A stretch of DNA of 40,654 nucleotides from Nemertoderma westbladi. Lineage: Eukaryota; Animalia; Xenacoelomorpha. Position 1 is the stretch's first letter, and the number at the start of each line of letters is the position of its first letter. The stretch is from NCBI GenBank assembly GCA_032718475.1, contig JAUCBJ010008431.1:1-40654 (forward strand), given 5' to 3'. The notes beneath the pieces were generated by a model. That model made no database searches and had not been told where the DNA came from. It saw only the letters and a program-made list of their open reading frames with translations. A program made the translations under genes and the position numbers. Shown in pieces: positions 1 through 9,906 of this stretch.

Positions 1-251
1 GGCATTTGCAGCCCTCCGATTGAACGTCTCCCACTCCCTCATTGTTACCATACTTTCCCCCGAAAAGAAAGCTTTACATACAGTGTGAGTTCCTATACTG
101 CGTGTCCAGATCAGTTGATACCAGGGGATACCAGGCCAGCATGATGAACCAACTGGGAAAGAAACTTGAACATCTTATATAGCTTACTATTATGATTATT
201 ATTAACCAAAGAATTAAGGAAGAATTTTATTATAAGTTATTATTGACTTAC

Positions 252-387
252 ATTTGAATTCATGGGGCTAATAAGTTTAACAGAAGATACTTTGTTATCC
301 AGATAGTGAAGGTTTGATGCCACGGGGTATTCTCCATCTCCAACTCCAACTGAAAATGTTTCCTCAACTCCACCATAGTCTTCCAAC
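252..387 (-). CDS. Putative internal exon encoding a beta/gamma-crystallin (Greek-key) motif
   Basis: Minus strand: pyrimidine-rich acceptor tttacctttgtag|G at 388/387 and donor AAT|gtaagt at 252/251. Peptide LEDYGGVEETFSVGVGDGEYPVASNLHYLDNKVSSVKLISPMNSN has the YxG hairpin, GEYP and D-N-x-x-S-S-V-K signatures of beta/gamma-crystallin motifs. Confidence 0.6.
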
Positions 388-834
388 CTACAAAGGTAAA
401 TACATGGAATTCCATTGCAAAGCATAGAAAGATGGGTATAATTTATTGAAAAATTATTATATACATGGAGTCAAAGAAAAACAATTTCCAATGAGGTTCC
501 CCCAGAATTATACACTCTAGAGAATACTGGTACACATTTAGCTACCATTTAAGAAAGCAAGGCAGAGAGAGATGTGTCCTAGCTTACAAAACATTTCAAA
601 TTGTTCACAGTGTAATGTTACAGCAAACTGGACTAACCGTAACCGAGGATGAAATAATCCGGTTTTTTAATCTCACTCTGCCTTTTTAATACTGCTTTTT
701 AATATCACCCAGTGCCCGGCGGTGTTGAAATTGACACGCATTGTACAAGCAGTAGGCCTATTGCTCCGAGTTTCCGGCTGGTCGGGTGCAACTACTGCAT
801 CTACATTGCCACACTATAACTCGGGCTCATGAGG

Positions 835-1192
835 AATGAGTGCTGCGTAGACTATATTCCTATAAACCAAAACCATACCTGGCTTCGCCTATTGAACGCA
901 TTATAAAGATCGTCAGTCTTCGTTTAGGAAAGATATTTAAATACAAAACAGGACGAGCACAACAACACTTATAATGAAGACGAGTACTGCGTTTACTATT
1001 ATTATTATATAAACCACCTGGCTTCACATATTGAACGCATCCCTTGTTATTATTATTATAAAAATCGTCAGCCTGCGTTTAAGAAATTTATTTTTTAATA
1101 CAAAACAGGACGAACTCAATGAGGCTTATAATGAAGACGAGTACTGCGTTTATTATATTCCTATAAACCACATGGCTTCGCATATTGAACGT
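835..1192. repeat. Diverged tandem repeat, about 140-160 bp unit, about 2.3 copies
   Basis: atgaagacgagtactgcgttta at 974 and 1131; tggcttc..tattgaacg three times (about 880, 1020, 1173); aatacaaaacaggacga twice. Confidence 0.8.
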
Positions 1193-1454
1193 GCGATTGG
1201 AAATAAGTTTGCGCTACCCTTCCGCCCCTTCAGCCCGTGGGTGGTAGATGTCGCGGTTATGTATTGGTTGGTGTGAAGGGGAGGAGGGGGGGGGGGGGGG
1301 GGGGGTGCAGATTAAAAGGGCTGAACATGTACTGTCCCCCTGTCTTTGATTGATTGGCGGTGTGGTTAAATTTCTCAACTACTGATTTTGTGATACAGTC
1401 GCTCAATTTTAATTTGTATCTCATAACTGGGCCTAGTGCTGTGCGAAGGCCCCA

Positions 1455-1555
1455 CGAACGTGTCTGAGTCTGTACTCCCAGATATTCCCATTGGTGATAT
1501 CTCCTTTACAGAAGTGAAGGCTGCTGCAAAGAGCATTAAGACCAATAGTGCCAGT
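1455..1555 (+). mobile_element. Decayed RTE-clade LINE fragment (pre-RT segment), cut by the BEL LTR
   Basis: VSESVLPDIPIGDISFTEVKAAAKSIKTNSAS aligns by eye with TLPIETGDFTPAELQRRIKSMSNNKAS of the intact RTE ORF (19968-23003); similarity stops exactly at LTR base 1556. Confidence 0.6.
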
Positions 1556-2072
1556 TGTTACAGATTGTACATGACCAGTAAAAAAATACCCCTTACTTCG
1601 TACAATGCTTGTAACAAGTCAGCTCGAGCATATTAGCCCACAAAATCCAACCGCTAGCATTCAATATAATATAATGTTTATAATATCAGCTGATATCTAC
1701 ATACCACTATACATTCTTGGCCGGGTAATCTAATTGCTACATTCACTATTCAACTCTCACCAATTATCACCACCTCTAATACCGCATACAATGACAATAA
1801 GACACATTGACCTATGACAGCTCTTCTTTACAACTTCCCTGTCCCTTCGTATCTCAACCTATTTAATCAACTAACAACCGCGATGAAATTCATTCTGTTA
1901 TTAGGGAATCCGAAGTGTATCTTTTTACCGAACATATTTTGATGATATTAAATTCTAACTTCAATAAACATTCCTGTTATTACTATTATGTTATCACAAT
2001 GTTTTTCGGTCATTAAGATTAAATCACGCATAACTGACAGAATCAGAGCGATTAAAGTAAAAAACGCTCACA
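1556..2072 (+). repeat. 5' LTR of BEL/Pao element (517 bp)
   Basis: Starts tgttacag, ends cgctcaca; AATAAA at 1963-1968; differs from the 3' LTR by a 4-bp indel (about 1701) and one a/g substitution (1851) by visual comparison. Confidence 0.95.
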
Positions 2073-2086
2073 GTAAAAAGATACAC
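2073..2086 (+). promoter_or_regulatory. Non-tRNA primer-binding site, complementary to LTR 1915-1928 (putative self-priming)
   Basis: gtaaaaagatacac directly follows the LTR and is the exact reverse complement of gtgtatctttttac at 1915-1928; no TGG-starting tRNA PBS at this position. Confidence 0.75.
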
Positions 2087-2261
2087 CAGTCTTTTTAATA
2101 CCGTCTTTACGGTTGATCAGAATATAACCATATATTTGGTTACTAGGCATTGTTAAATACATATTGTAGATACAGTAGCAGTTGTAAGTGGTGGATCCGG
2201 ACGATAAACTACAGCTTACAAATCGAGTTTCAAGAGGATAATCGAGCTGCTCGAGTTCAGG

Positions 2262-5200
2262 ATGGATGAAACACTGACGGCCTTCGACGACTGTGAAGTC
2301 GACGGAAATGAAGGTGAGTTTATTGACGCTCCCCGTACATCAACGGTACTAGTTGGCCCACATAACACGTACGAACCCACTGGGACTGAAGGTATGTCCA
2401 ATGCTTCTGCACTTGGACAAGCCAGTAATCGCACTCTACGTCGTGATAGAAATGACGCAGGTGCCAGGGCTCGAAACTCAGGGACCACGTGTGTGCAAAA
2501 CCCTCCAGACTTAGAAGTATTTAACCGTTCTATTGCAGGTCATAAAGGATATTTTTCCAAGAAAAGAAACATTTTCTTTCAGGATATACGAAAACCGGGA
2601 GGTTTAGACTTAGTGCCTCCAACCTATAAGGAGTGTGTAACTTCTTACAACAGGATATGCGAAACCTACCAAGTATTTATAGAAAAATTATATGACAATA
2701 ATTTTTCTAATGAAGCGAATAAGCTTCAGGGAGAATTTGAAGTGCTAGCAGTAGCTCTCCAGGGGGATCTACAAGAAATGTCTCACCTTATATCCTCAGG
2801 TTCAACTGCAGCCGTTGTGGATAATAATAATTATATTACAGATAATGTTTTACATAAGCCCACTATTAGCGTTACTGATGGTCAATTTTCATCGGCGCAA
2901 CTTCCATTGAAAAACCCAAAGCGCCCCACACATGACCGAGCGTCTGTAAATAGTAGTAGGTCGGGCTCAGTTGCGTCTACTGCTACCAGATTAAGAGCTC
3001 AAGAAAAATTAGAAGGCTTAAAATTAGAACAATTAATTCGAGACCAAGAACGTGAGAAACAAATTAGAGATCTAGAGAGCGAGCGAAAGCTGTGTCAACA
3101 GAGAGACAAATTAAACGCGCTAAAATTAGCTACAGAATTGGCAGAAGAGGAAAATAATGGTGGTACACTGGATGCTAGTGTAAATTATAAATTAACAGAT
3201 AATATAGATATTGAACCAAGCCACAAACCAGTCACTACAAAACAAGACATCGTCGGTAAATCTCAGGAAACATCTATGTCGTCAATAATCTACACACAGA
3301 GTGCACCTCGCAATATGGCACCCGCCGAAAATATAGGAATATCTCCTATACACACGATGACGAATAGCTTTAGTTATCCTACACGTAATCCAGCCCCCTT
3401 TATAAATAGTAGGCCTAGTACACATGAGGGAGGGTTAACTAGAACTACAGATATAAATGCCTATGTTAGCCCAACAAATAGGCCTTTAAATGCGCACTGT
3501 CCTGCGTATATACCATCTGTTTCGATCGCCAGTGCGGGCGGGCAAGTTACGTCACGCCGTATGATCCAATCTGTTGGTTCTAACCCATGTAACTTTACAA
3601 ACACCGTAAGCAATACAAATATACCTACAGCAGGAGACCCATCTTGCATTAACAGCACGGGCTATCATTCTGGCTATAGACAACCATATCAAAACTACAG
3701 TAATGAACTACCATTTGCTCCTGCAGAGACATACGTGTCTACACCATCACAGTTCACTCAATTGAACAACTCTGCTGCTGAGATAACATTTTCCGCCTTA
3801 GACAAACTAAACACAAGATTGACCTTACCTCAACTTGAACCCATTAAATTTAGTGGTGACCCCGGGCAATACATATCCTTCACAGCAACCTTTAGAGCTC
3901 AAGTGGACCTGAAACCCTTTACAGAAATGGAGAAATTTTCATATTTATTGAATTATTTAACAGGTGAACCTCTGCACTTAATATCCTTCCTTTCAGGTTT
4001 GAGCGGCGGGTACACCAGAGCCTGGGAAATACTGCACGACCGGTACGGTCACCCTAGTGTCATTGTAGAACACACTCTTAGAGACTTAACTGATAAGGTC
4101 GATCTAATTTCAGGATCTTTCGAGCAGTGTAAGAAAAAGTTTAGATCTTACGCTGATAAAGTAAGAAACAAGGCTATAATTTTACAACATTTTAATAATA
4201 CGCAAGAAATGAACTCCACAGCAAACTTGCGTATGGTTGCAGCAAACCTGCCCCCCAATGTGATGAGCCGCTGGCGACGCGTAGCGGGCGATATACGCAC
4301 ACATAAGCATCATGAACCTACGCTACACGAGTTAGCCGAATTCATACGGAAAGAAGCCGACACTATGAATGACCCCGTCTACACTTATTCTAATACAGAA
4401 GCCAGACAAGTACATACACCGCCGCAGGACTACAAGTATAAATCAAACATAGAGCAACGACCGAAAATTACCACATTGAATACAGAAGTTGCATTGCAAA
4501 ACACCAATCCAAAGAAAATGCTGAACCTATCCGGTGAAACTAAGGGGAAGGTATCTCATAGTGAAACCGCGGCTCAGTATTCACAGGATGGTGATGCGAT
4601 ACCGAGTATAAGCCAAACCAAAACACGAATTCGAAATTGTATTATTTGCGGGCATAATACCCACGCAGTATTTAGGTGCCCAGAACTATTAAAACTGTCT
4701 GTAAGCGAACGTAATGATCTGGTCACTAATAAACAATTGTGTTATCTCTGTTTCAGCCCTAATCATATAATAAGGGACTGCACAAATTTATATAGGTGTA
4801 CAGTGCCAGGTTGCGGTAAAAGACACAGTTCATTATTGCACAGGAAACATAGCAATAAATCTGGAGATACTTTAAACAAGGTTAGTAATGAACAAGTAGC
4901 ACATGCCGAAATATCGGAAACCGAGCAAAGTAATAACCTAAAAAATAATGCCAGTATAGGTCTAGATGGTCCGCAAACCCAAGAAATACAGCATCTAGAA
5001 GATGCTGCAATTTGCAATATCGAAAATGTAGAGCCAGTGAGTACTACGCCTAATGTGTGGCTGTCTGTTGTACCAGTAAGGATCAAGGTAGAAGGTAAGT
5101 CACTAACAACATATGCGCTACTCGATGGAGGCTCCACCAGCTCAGTAATCGACACACTAATTATAGACACATTACAAATTACAGTTCCTGAACAAGTCGA

Positions 5201-7079
5201 AATAAAGGCCAAGACGGTATTCGACCCCTGTAAGTTAGTTCAAGTTGGTAAACTATCATTCCAGGTAACCCCTGTAGATGGCAAAATGCAGACCAAACGT
5301 GGATTCTTCTTAGACATGAAACATGTTTACGTAGTTTCCCAGTACACCCATAAGTATCGTAACGACCACACTAAATTAAATTTAAACAACTGGCCACATC
5401 TACAGAATCTAACCCCACTACTAGAAAACCCCGATATAGATGTACCGCAGGTTACTATTCTAATTGGGCAGAATTACCCTCAAGTACATAGAAACGACAA
5501 GATCCTAGAGGTCGATGACCCGGAAGCACCCATAGCTATCCGAACACTATTTGGATGGTGTGTCGTTGGACCAGTAAACCAGGAAGAAGACCCAATAATG
5601 AGTAATAATTATTTCATTCAAGAAGACATGGAATTCCAACAAGGGACAAACGCACTAATCTTACAATCCCTAGGACTAGAGCAATATGGCCAAGCAGAGA
5701 AGAGTACTTATACTTCAGAATTAAAGGAGGAGGAACTTAGTATGTCAAGGAACGACAACAAGGCGCTAAAAATACTACAAGACACTACTAGTTTCATAAA
5801 TGGGCATTATTGCGTAGGAATGCTCTGGAAAGAGCAACCACCAGTATTGCATAATAATTATCCCTTAGCTAAGGTAAGGTTGCAAGGGTTATTAAAGAGA
5901 TTAACAGGTAAACCGGATAAGTATCTGCTTTATGATAATATGATAAAGGAATATGAAACTAAAGGCTACGCGAGAAAGCTAGATTTAAGTGAGCAACAAC
6001 ATGTAAGTAATCAAACGTACTACCTGCCGCACCATTATGTGGAGCGCGCAGCAAAACCTAGCACAATACGCATTGTAAAAGATGCCGCCGCCAGATACAA
6101 GGGGGAATGTCTTAATGACTGCCTCTTACAGGGTCCTAACTTGACAAATAAAATTATAGGAATTCTATTGCGTTTCCGCAAGGGAAGCATTGCCTTCATA
6201 GCAGACATAGAAGGCATGTATCATCAGGTGAAAGTCACCGATGAGGATAGCGACAGCTTAAGATTTTTATGGAAGCCAATAGGTAGTAACCAAATAGAAA
6301 CTTACAAAATGCTTGTACATATATTTGGTGCTACAGATTCGTCGTGCATTGCCACCCACACTCTAAGGAGAACCGGGTTGGATAATGCAGACGAATTTGA
6401 TGAAAATGTAATAAACAGTGTACTAACATCATTTTATGTAGATGATATCTGTGAATCCTTAGATACAGTTCCAGAAGCAATAGACCTGGCTCAACAACTC
6501 ATTGCTTGCCTTTCCAAAGGTGGGTTTAGATTACACAAATTCATGTCTAATTCTAGAAAGTTTTTAGAGGCATTGAATGTCTCACACTTAGGTAAACAAT
6601 ACATAAACTTAGACCTGGACAACCTCCCAGCCACAAGAGTGTTGGGTGTCATTTGGGACACCCAATTGGATAATTTTAACTTTAATTTCCAGAAAAAGGA
6701 CGCCCCTCTAACTAAGCGAGGATGCATAAGCGTTGTAAACTCAATATTTGACCCTCTGAACTTTTTATCCCCCTTTGTAGTGAAGGGAAGATTAATTGTA
6801 CGAGATATATGGCATTCCGGTATTGGTTGGGACGAACCAATACCACAGGAATACATCAAAAAATGGACCAAATGGTCTCAACAGATTGCCGAACTGTCTG
6901 TCATACAGATACCCAGAGTGTACCATAGCTTTACTCAGGCATTAGAAAATATAAAGTACCAATTACATCACTTTTGTGACGCCTCCGAAGTAGCATGCGG
7001 TTGCGTTTCATATCTTAGAGTTGAAATGGATGGCCACTGTTTGTATGTAGTTCAATGTTTATTGCATTTATATATTTAG
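2262..7079 (+). CDS. BEL/Pao Gag-PR-RT-(partial RNase H) polyprotein, 1605 aa, truncated before integrase
   Basis: Gag core (KFSGDP...F, KFSYLLNYLTGEP, AWEILHDRYG); three zinc knuckles CIICGHNTHAVFRC, CYLCFSPNHIIRDC, CTVPGCGKRHSSLLH; protease LLDGGS; RT YLPHH, ADIEGMYHQV, FYVDD; RNase H start LHHFCDAS; homology ends at about 7038. Confidence 0.95.
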   Translation: MDETLTAFDDCEVDGNEGEFIDAPRTSTVLVGPHNTYEPTGTEGMSNASALGQASNRTLRRDRNDAGARARNSGTTCVQNPPDLEVFNRSIAGHKGYFSKKRNIFFQDIRKPGGLDLVPPTYKECVTSYNRICETYQVFIEKLYDNNFSNEANKLQGEFEVLAVALQGDLQEMSHLISSGSTAAVVDNNNYITDNVLHKPTISVTDGQFSSAQLPLKNPKRPTHDRASVNSSRSGSVASTATRLRAQEKLEGLKLEQLIRDQEREKQIRDLESERKLCQQRDKLNALKLATELAEEENNGGTLDASVNYKLTDNIDIEPSHKPVTTKQDIVGKSQETSMSSIIYTQSAPRNMAPAENIGISPIHTMTNSFSYPTRNPAPFINSRPSTHEGGLTRTTDINAYVSPTNRPLNAHCPAYIPSVSIASAGGQVTSRRMIQSVGSNPCNFTNTVSNTNIPTAGDPSCINSTGYHSGYRQPYQNYSNELPFAPAETYVSTPSQFTQLNNSAAEITFSALDKLNTRLTLPQLEPIKFSGDPGQYISFTATFRAQVDLKPFTEMEKFSYLLNYLTGEPLHLISFLSGLSGGYTRAWEILHDRYGHPSVIVEHTLRDLTDKVDLISGSFEQCKKKFRSYADKVRNKAIILQHFNNTQEMNSTANLRMVAANLPPNVMSRWRRVAGDIRTHKHHEPTLHELAEFIRKEADTMNDPVYTYSNTEARQVHTPPQDYKYKSNIEQRPKITTLNTEVALQNTNPKKMLNLSGETKGKVSHSETAAQYSQDGDAIPSISQTKTRIRNCIICGHNTHAVFRCPELLKLSVSERNDLVTNKQLCYLCFSPNHIIRDCTNLYRCTVPGCGKRHSSLLHRKHSNKSGDTLNKVSNEQVAHAEISETEQSNNLKNNASIGLDGPQTQEIQHLEDAAICNIENVEPVSTTPNVWLSVVPVRIKVEGKSLTTYALLDGGSTSSVIDTLIIDTLQITVPEQVEIKAKTVFDPCKLVQVGKLSFQVTPVDGKMQTKRGFFLDMKHVYVVSQYTHKYRNDHTKLNLNNWPHLQNLTPLLENPDIDVPQVTILIGQNYPQVHRNDKILEVDDPEAPIAIRTLFGWCVVGPVNQEEDPIMSNNYFIQEDMEFQQGTNALILQSLGLEQYGQAEKSTYTSELKEEELSMSRNDNKALKILQDTTSFINGHYCVGMLWKEQPPVLHNNYPLAKVRLQGLLKRLTGKPDKYLLYDNMIKEYETKGYARKLDLSEQQHVSNQTYYLPHHYVERAAKPSTIRIVKDAAARYKGECLNDCLLQGPNLTNKIIGILLRFRKGSIAFIADIEGMYHQVKVTDEDSDSLRFLWKPIGSNQIETYKMLVHIFGATDSSCIATHTLRRTGLDNADEFDENVINSVLTSFYVDDICESLDTVPEAIDLAQQLIACLSKGGFRLHKFMSNSRKFLEALNVSHLGKQYINLDLDNLPATRVLGVIWDTQLDNFNFNFQKKDAPLTKRGCISVVNSIFDPLNFLSPFVVKGRLIVRDIWHSGIGWDEPIPQEYIKKWTKWSQQIAELSVIQIPRVYHSFTQALENIKYQLHHFCDASEVACGCVSYLRVEMDGHCLYVVQCLLHLYI

Positions 7080-7525
7080 TATTATAGTTTGTGCAATACG
7101 ATTTCTCACTAACACTCACTAACATTTATTTCATTTAACATTTCTCTCAAACATTATTATCAGACTATATTGACAAGACTAGTTTCGACCACAGAGACAG
7201 AACGAAATAATCTAAAATCGTCACTCTAGTCTATGCTATATACTATATACTAGCTACCGTATGTTATACTGTACTATACAATCTCTATAATAATCGATAT
7301 TAAAATAAAATAAATAAATAGATAAATAATAAAATTTAAAATTAAAAACAAATTAATAATAAAAGACCCTTATCTCAAATGAATGCTATTCGGTAAAATA
7401 AAGTAAAAGAAAAGGGTTGCAAATAAAAAAGGAAAGTAGACACGGGCAAACAGTCTACTAGCGCCCTTCCCCCACAAAAAAAAATAAAATAAAATTTTTT
7501 TGAGATTTTGGCTTCGCAATATCTC

Positions 7526-7535
7526 AAGAGGGGAC
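7526..7535 (+). promoter_or_regulatory. Polypurine tract of BEL element
   Basis: Purine run (aagag followed by ggga) ending 1 nt before the 3' LTR start at 7536. Confidence 0.8.
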
Positions 7536-8048
7536 TGTTACAGATTGTACATGACCAGTAAAAAAATACCCCTTACTTCGTACAATGCTTGTAACAAGTC
7601 AGCTCGAGCATATTAGCCCACAAAATCCAACCGCTAGCATTCAATATAATATAATGTTTATAATATCAGCTGATATCTACCACTATACATTCTTGGCCGG
7701 GTAATCTAATTGCTACATTCACTATTCAACTCTCACCAATTATCACCACCTCTAATACCGCATACAATGACAATAAGACACATTGACCTATGACAGCTCT
7801 TCTTTACAACTTCCCTGTCCCTTCGTGTCTCAACCTATTTAATCAACTAACAACCGCGATGAAATTCATTCTGTTATTAGGGAATCCGAAGTGTATCTTT
7901 TTACCGAACATATTTTGATGATATTAAATTCTAACTTCAATAAACATTCCTGTTATTACTATTATGTTATCACAATGTTTTTCGGTCATTAAGATTAAAT
8001 CACGCATAACTGACAGAATCAGAGCGATTAAAGTAAAAAACGCTCACA
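7536..8048 (+). repeat. 3' LTR of BEL/Pao element (513 bp)
   Basis: Direct repeat of 1556-2072 with TG...CA ends. Confidence 0.95.
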
Positions 8049-8768
8049 ATCCATGCAGGAGATATCTTCCAATAAACTTTAATTAGATTTAAATGTATAA
8101 TTAATACTGTGTACCTGTTTATAAATTTAACTTATATTCGAAATAGTATATGATTAAAATGTATAAATGAGCATCCATAAATCCTTTCTTCACATACCGA
8201 ACGTTGATAAGTTGACATAATGTAACAAAATTACATACATCATTGCTTGCAAAGGTCTTCAGCGTTAAAGACACTTGTTTATTTATGTAAACCTCCCACG
8301 CTGCGCTCGTCCGGTACATAAATAAACTCGGGTCATAATGCTGCAAAGTGCTACTTTGCACACAATGATGTAAATACTTAGTATATTAGCCAATCAACTG
8401 CGCTTGACAACTGTTGCTGTGTTATGGCTGACGTCAAATTAACAAGTTCCTAAAACGGCCTGATTTTTCGATCAGATCTGATTTTGCTAATTTTGCGTTT
8501 TAAAATCGCTATAACTCAGCCAATATTAATTTTTTTGAAGTAAAATTGCTCTCTGGGGTTTTTTCACATGCTCTTCACATGAAACCAACGAAAACTCGAA
8601 AAAAAATTTCCGAGTCGCCTACCCCATCACAAATTTATTTTATCAACGTTCATTTCCACAAATTTAATTAATTCGATTTTCAAAATTGTCTTTGCGTGCT
8701 TACTCTTAACACGCTATTTCGACATTTTCATGACTTTACTTTTAATAAGTCTATAAATGGGCAATGCG

Positions 8769-8806
<38 letters not shown>

Positions 8807-9007
8807 AGGTACAGTAAACCTGTTTGAAAATTTAGCGATAATAAAAACTGCACCCAATGGAATATCCACGAATTTATAAGGAGTTAGTGTTCAAAAATAT
8901 ATCTATAATTTCTAAGGATGTGTGTTTCAATAATACCGTATTTCAACTGCGATGAACAATTCAGATATATTCCAACCCAACAATGATATAAAATAGAACA
9001 ATATTAC

Positions 9008-9235
9008 CTTGTTAATTAGATACCTCATAATAGCCCGAGATTCATTTAGATACAGCTCGCCATCTTCCATAACCGGTACTTTTTGTCTGGGGTTCACCCT
9101 CGTATACTTTGGGCTTTTCTGTTCCCCGACGAAGAGGTTGATTTCGTGGCATTTGTGCTCTAAATGCAGCTTCTCCAAAAGAACTTTGCAGGCGACACTT
9201 GGTGGACTGCCTGGACTATACCAGATGACTATCAT
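9008..9235 (-). CDS. Glutathione S-transferase N-terminal domain exon (Ser-type; Theta/Delta/Epsilon-like)
   Basis: MIVIWYSPGSPPSVACKVLLEKLHLEHKCHEINLFVGEQKSPKYTRVNPRQKVPVMEDGELYLNESRAIMRYLINK has SPPS, NPxxKVP, DG and ESRAIxxYL motifs; donor AAG|gtaata at 9008/9007; possible acceptor cag at 9243-9241 just upstream of the ATG. Confidence 0.9.
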
Positions 9236-9330
9236 ATTTACTGATTCAGAATCCAAATTAATTTAATTAATATCTAATAATTAATATTTTCTTTATCGTT
9301 ATTTACTATGATTTCATTTAAAATAAACTG

Positions 9331-9416
9331 AAAGGGTTTACTGTGGAAGATCACCCATGGTGGTGAACAGGCATTCCTTGGCTTAATGAGCCTAAAGGAT
9401 TCCCCATTCAAAAAAT
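9331..9416 (+). mobile_element. 3' fragment of the SINE found at 38880-39140
   Basis: gtttactgtggaagatcacccatggtggtgaacaggcattccttggcttaatgagcctaaa is nearly the reverse complement of 38893-38955; ends in attcaaaaaa. Confidence 0.75.
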
Positions 9417-9906
9417 TTAAATTAAAATTATTAAAAAAAAGTAATTTAAGTATTATTACTCACGATTTTTAGGCAACTATAACTATTTTAAATAATTCAA
9501 TACTAAAAAAAATTCTTAGCACTAGAATATCATTAATTTACAAAAATAAACCCAATTCAAAATTTTAAAGAGAACCAAATTTTTGGTTTATGTACAATAA
9601 TTGATGTAGAGAGTTAAAATTGCAAGTTAGTATTTAATAAATTATAATATCAATATAATGATGGGTGTTGCAATTTACATGTTTTCAGTATGCAACGTCC
9701 TGTATATACATTGATACAATGACAACTGTATTATAATTTAGGAATGTTAAACCTAAATAAATTCTTGGCAATTATCTACCTTATATTTACAAGGGGATCT
9801 CATAATACTTGGCCAGCATGTGATACTCACATATTTCCATTATGAATTCGGTTATCAATCAATCTTTTTGTTCGCAATATGTAGTAAGCATTGTACATAA
9901 TATGGA

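Larger units (their letters stand above)
1556..8048 (+). mobile_element. BEL/Pao LTR retrotransposon, internally deleted (no integrase)
   Basis: TG...CA direct repeats 1556-2072 and 7536-8048; single gag-pol ORF with BEL-type motifs; purine tract before the 3' LTR; no matching TSD (ccagt left, atcca right). Confidence 0.95.

Noticed and set aside
1-175. Open stretch on the minus strand as next exon or RT remnant
   Set aside because: No recognisable motif or clear splice sites; truncated by the window edge.
1552-2074. Solo LTR with a cagt TSD
   Set aside because: The ca of the right-hand cagt belongs to the LTR (present in the 3' LTR too), and an internal gag-pol region follows.
8380-8625. 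MITE-like sequence (similar texture at 13470-13800, 29453-29760, 40222-40500)
   Set aside because: Could not identify paired termini or TSDs, so not annotated.
8927-9007. Hydrophobic C-terminal extension of the GST ORF
   Set aside because: Read-through into the intron beyond the gtaata donor.
252-9235. GST-crystallin fusion gene or S-crystallin
   Set aside because: Splice phases are incompatible (0 versus 2), and S-crystallins derive from sigma-class Tyr-type GSTs whereas this exon is Ser-type.
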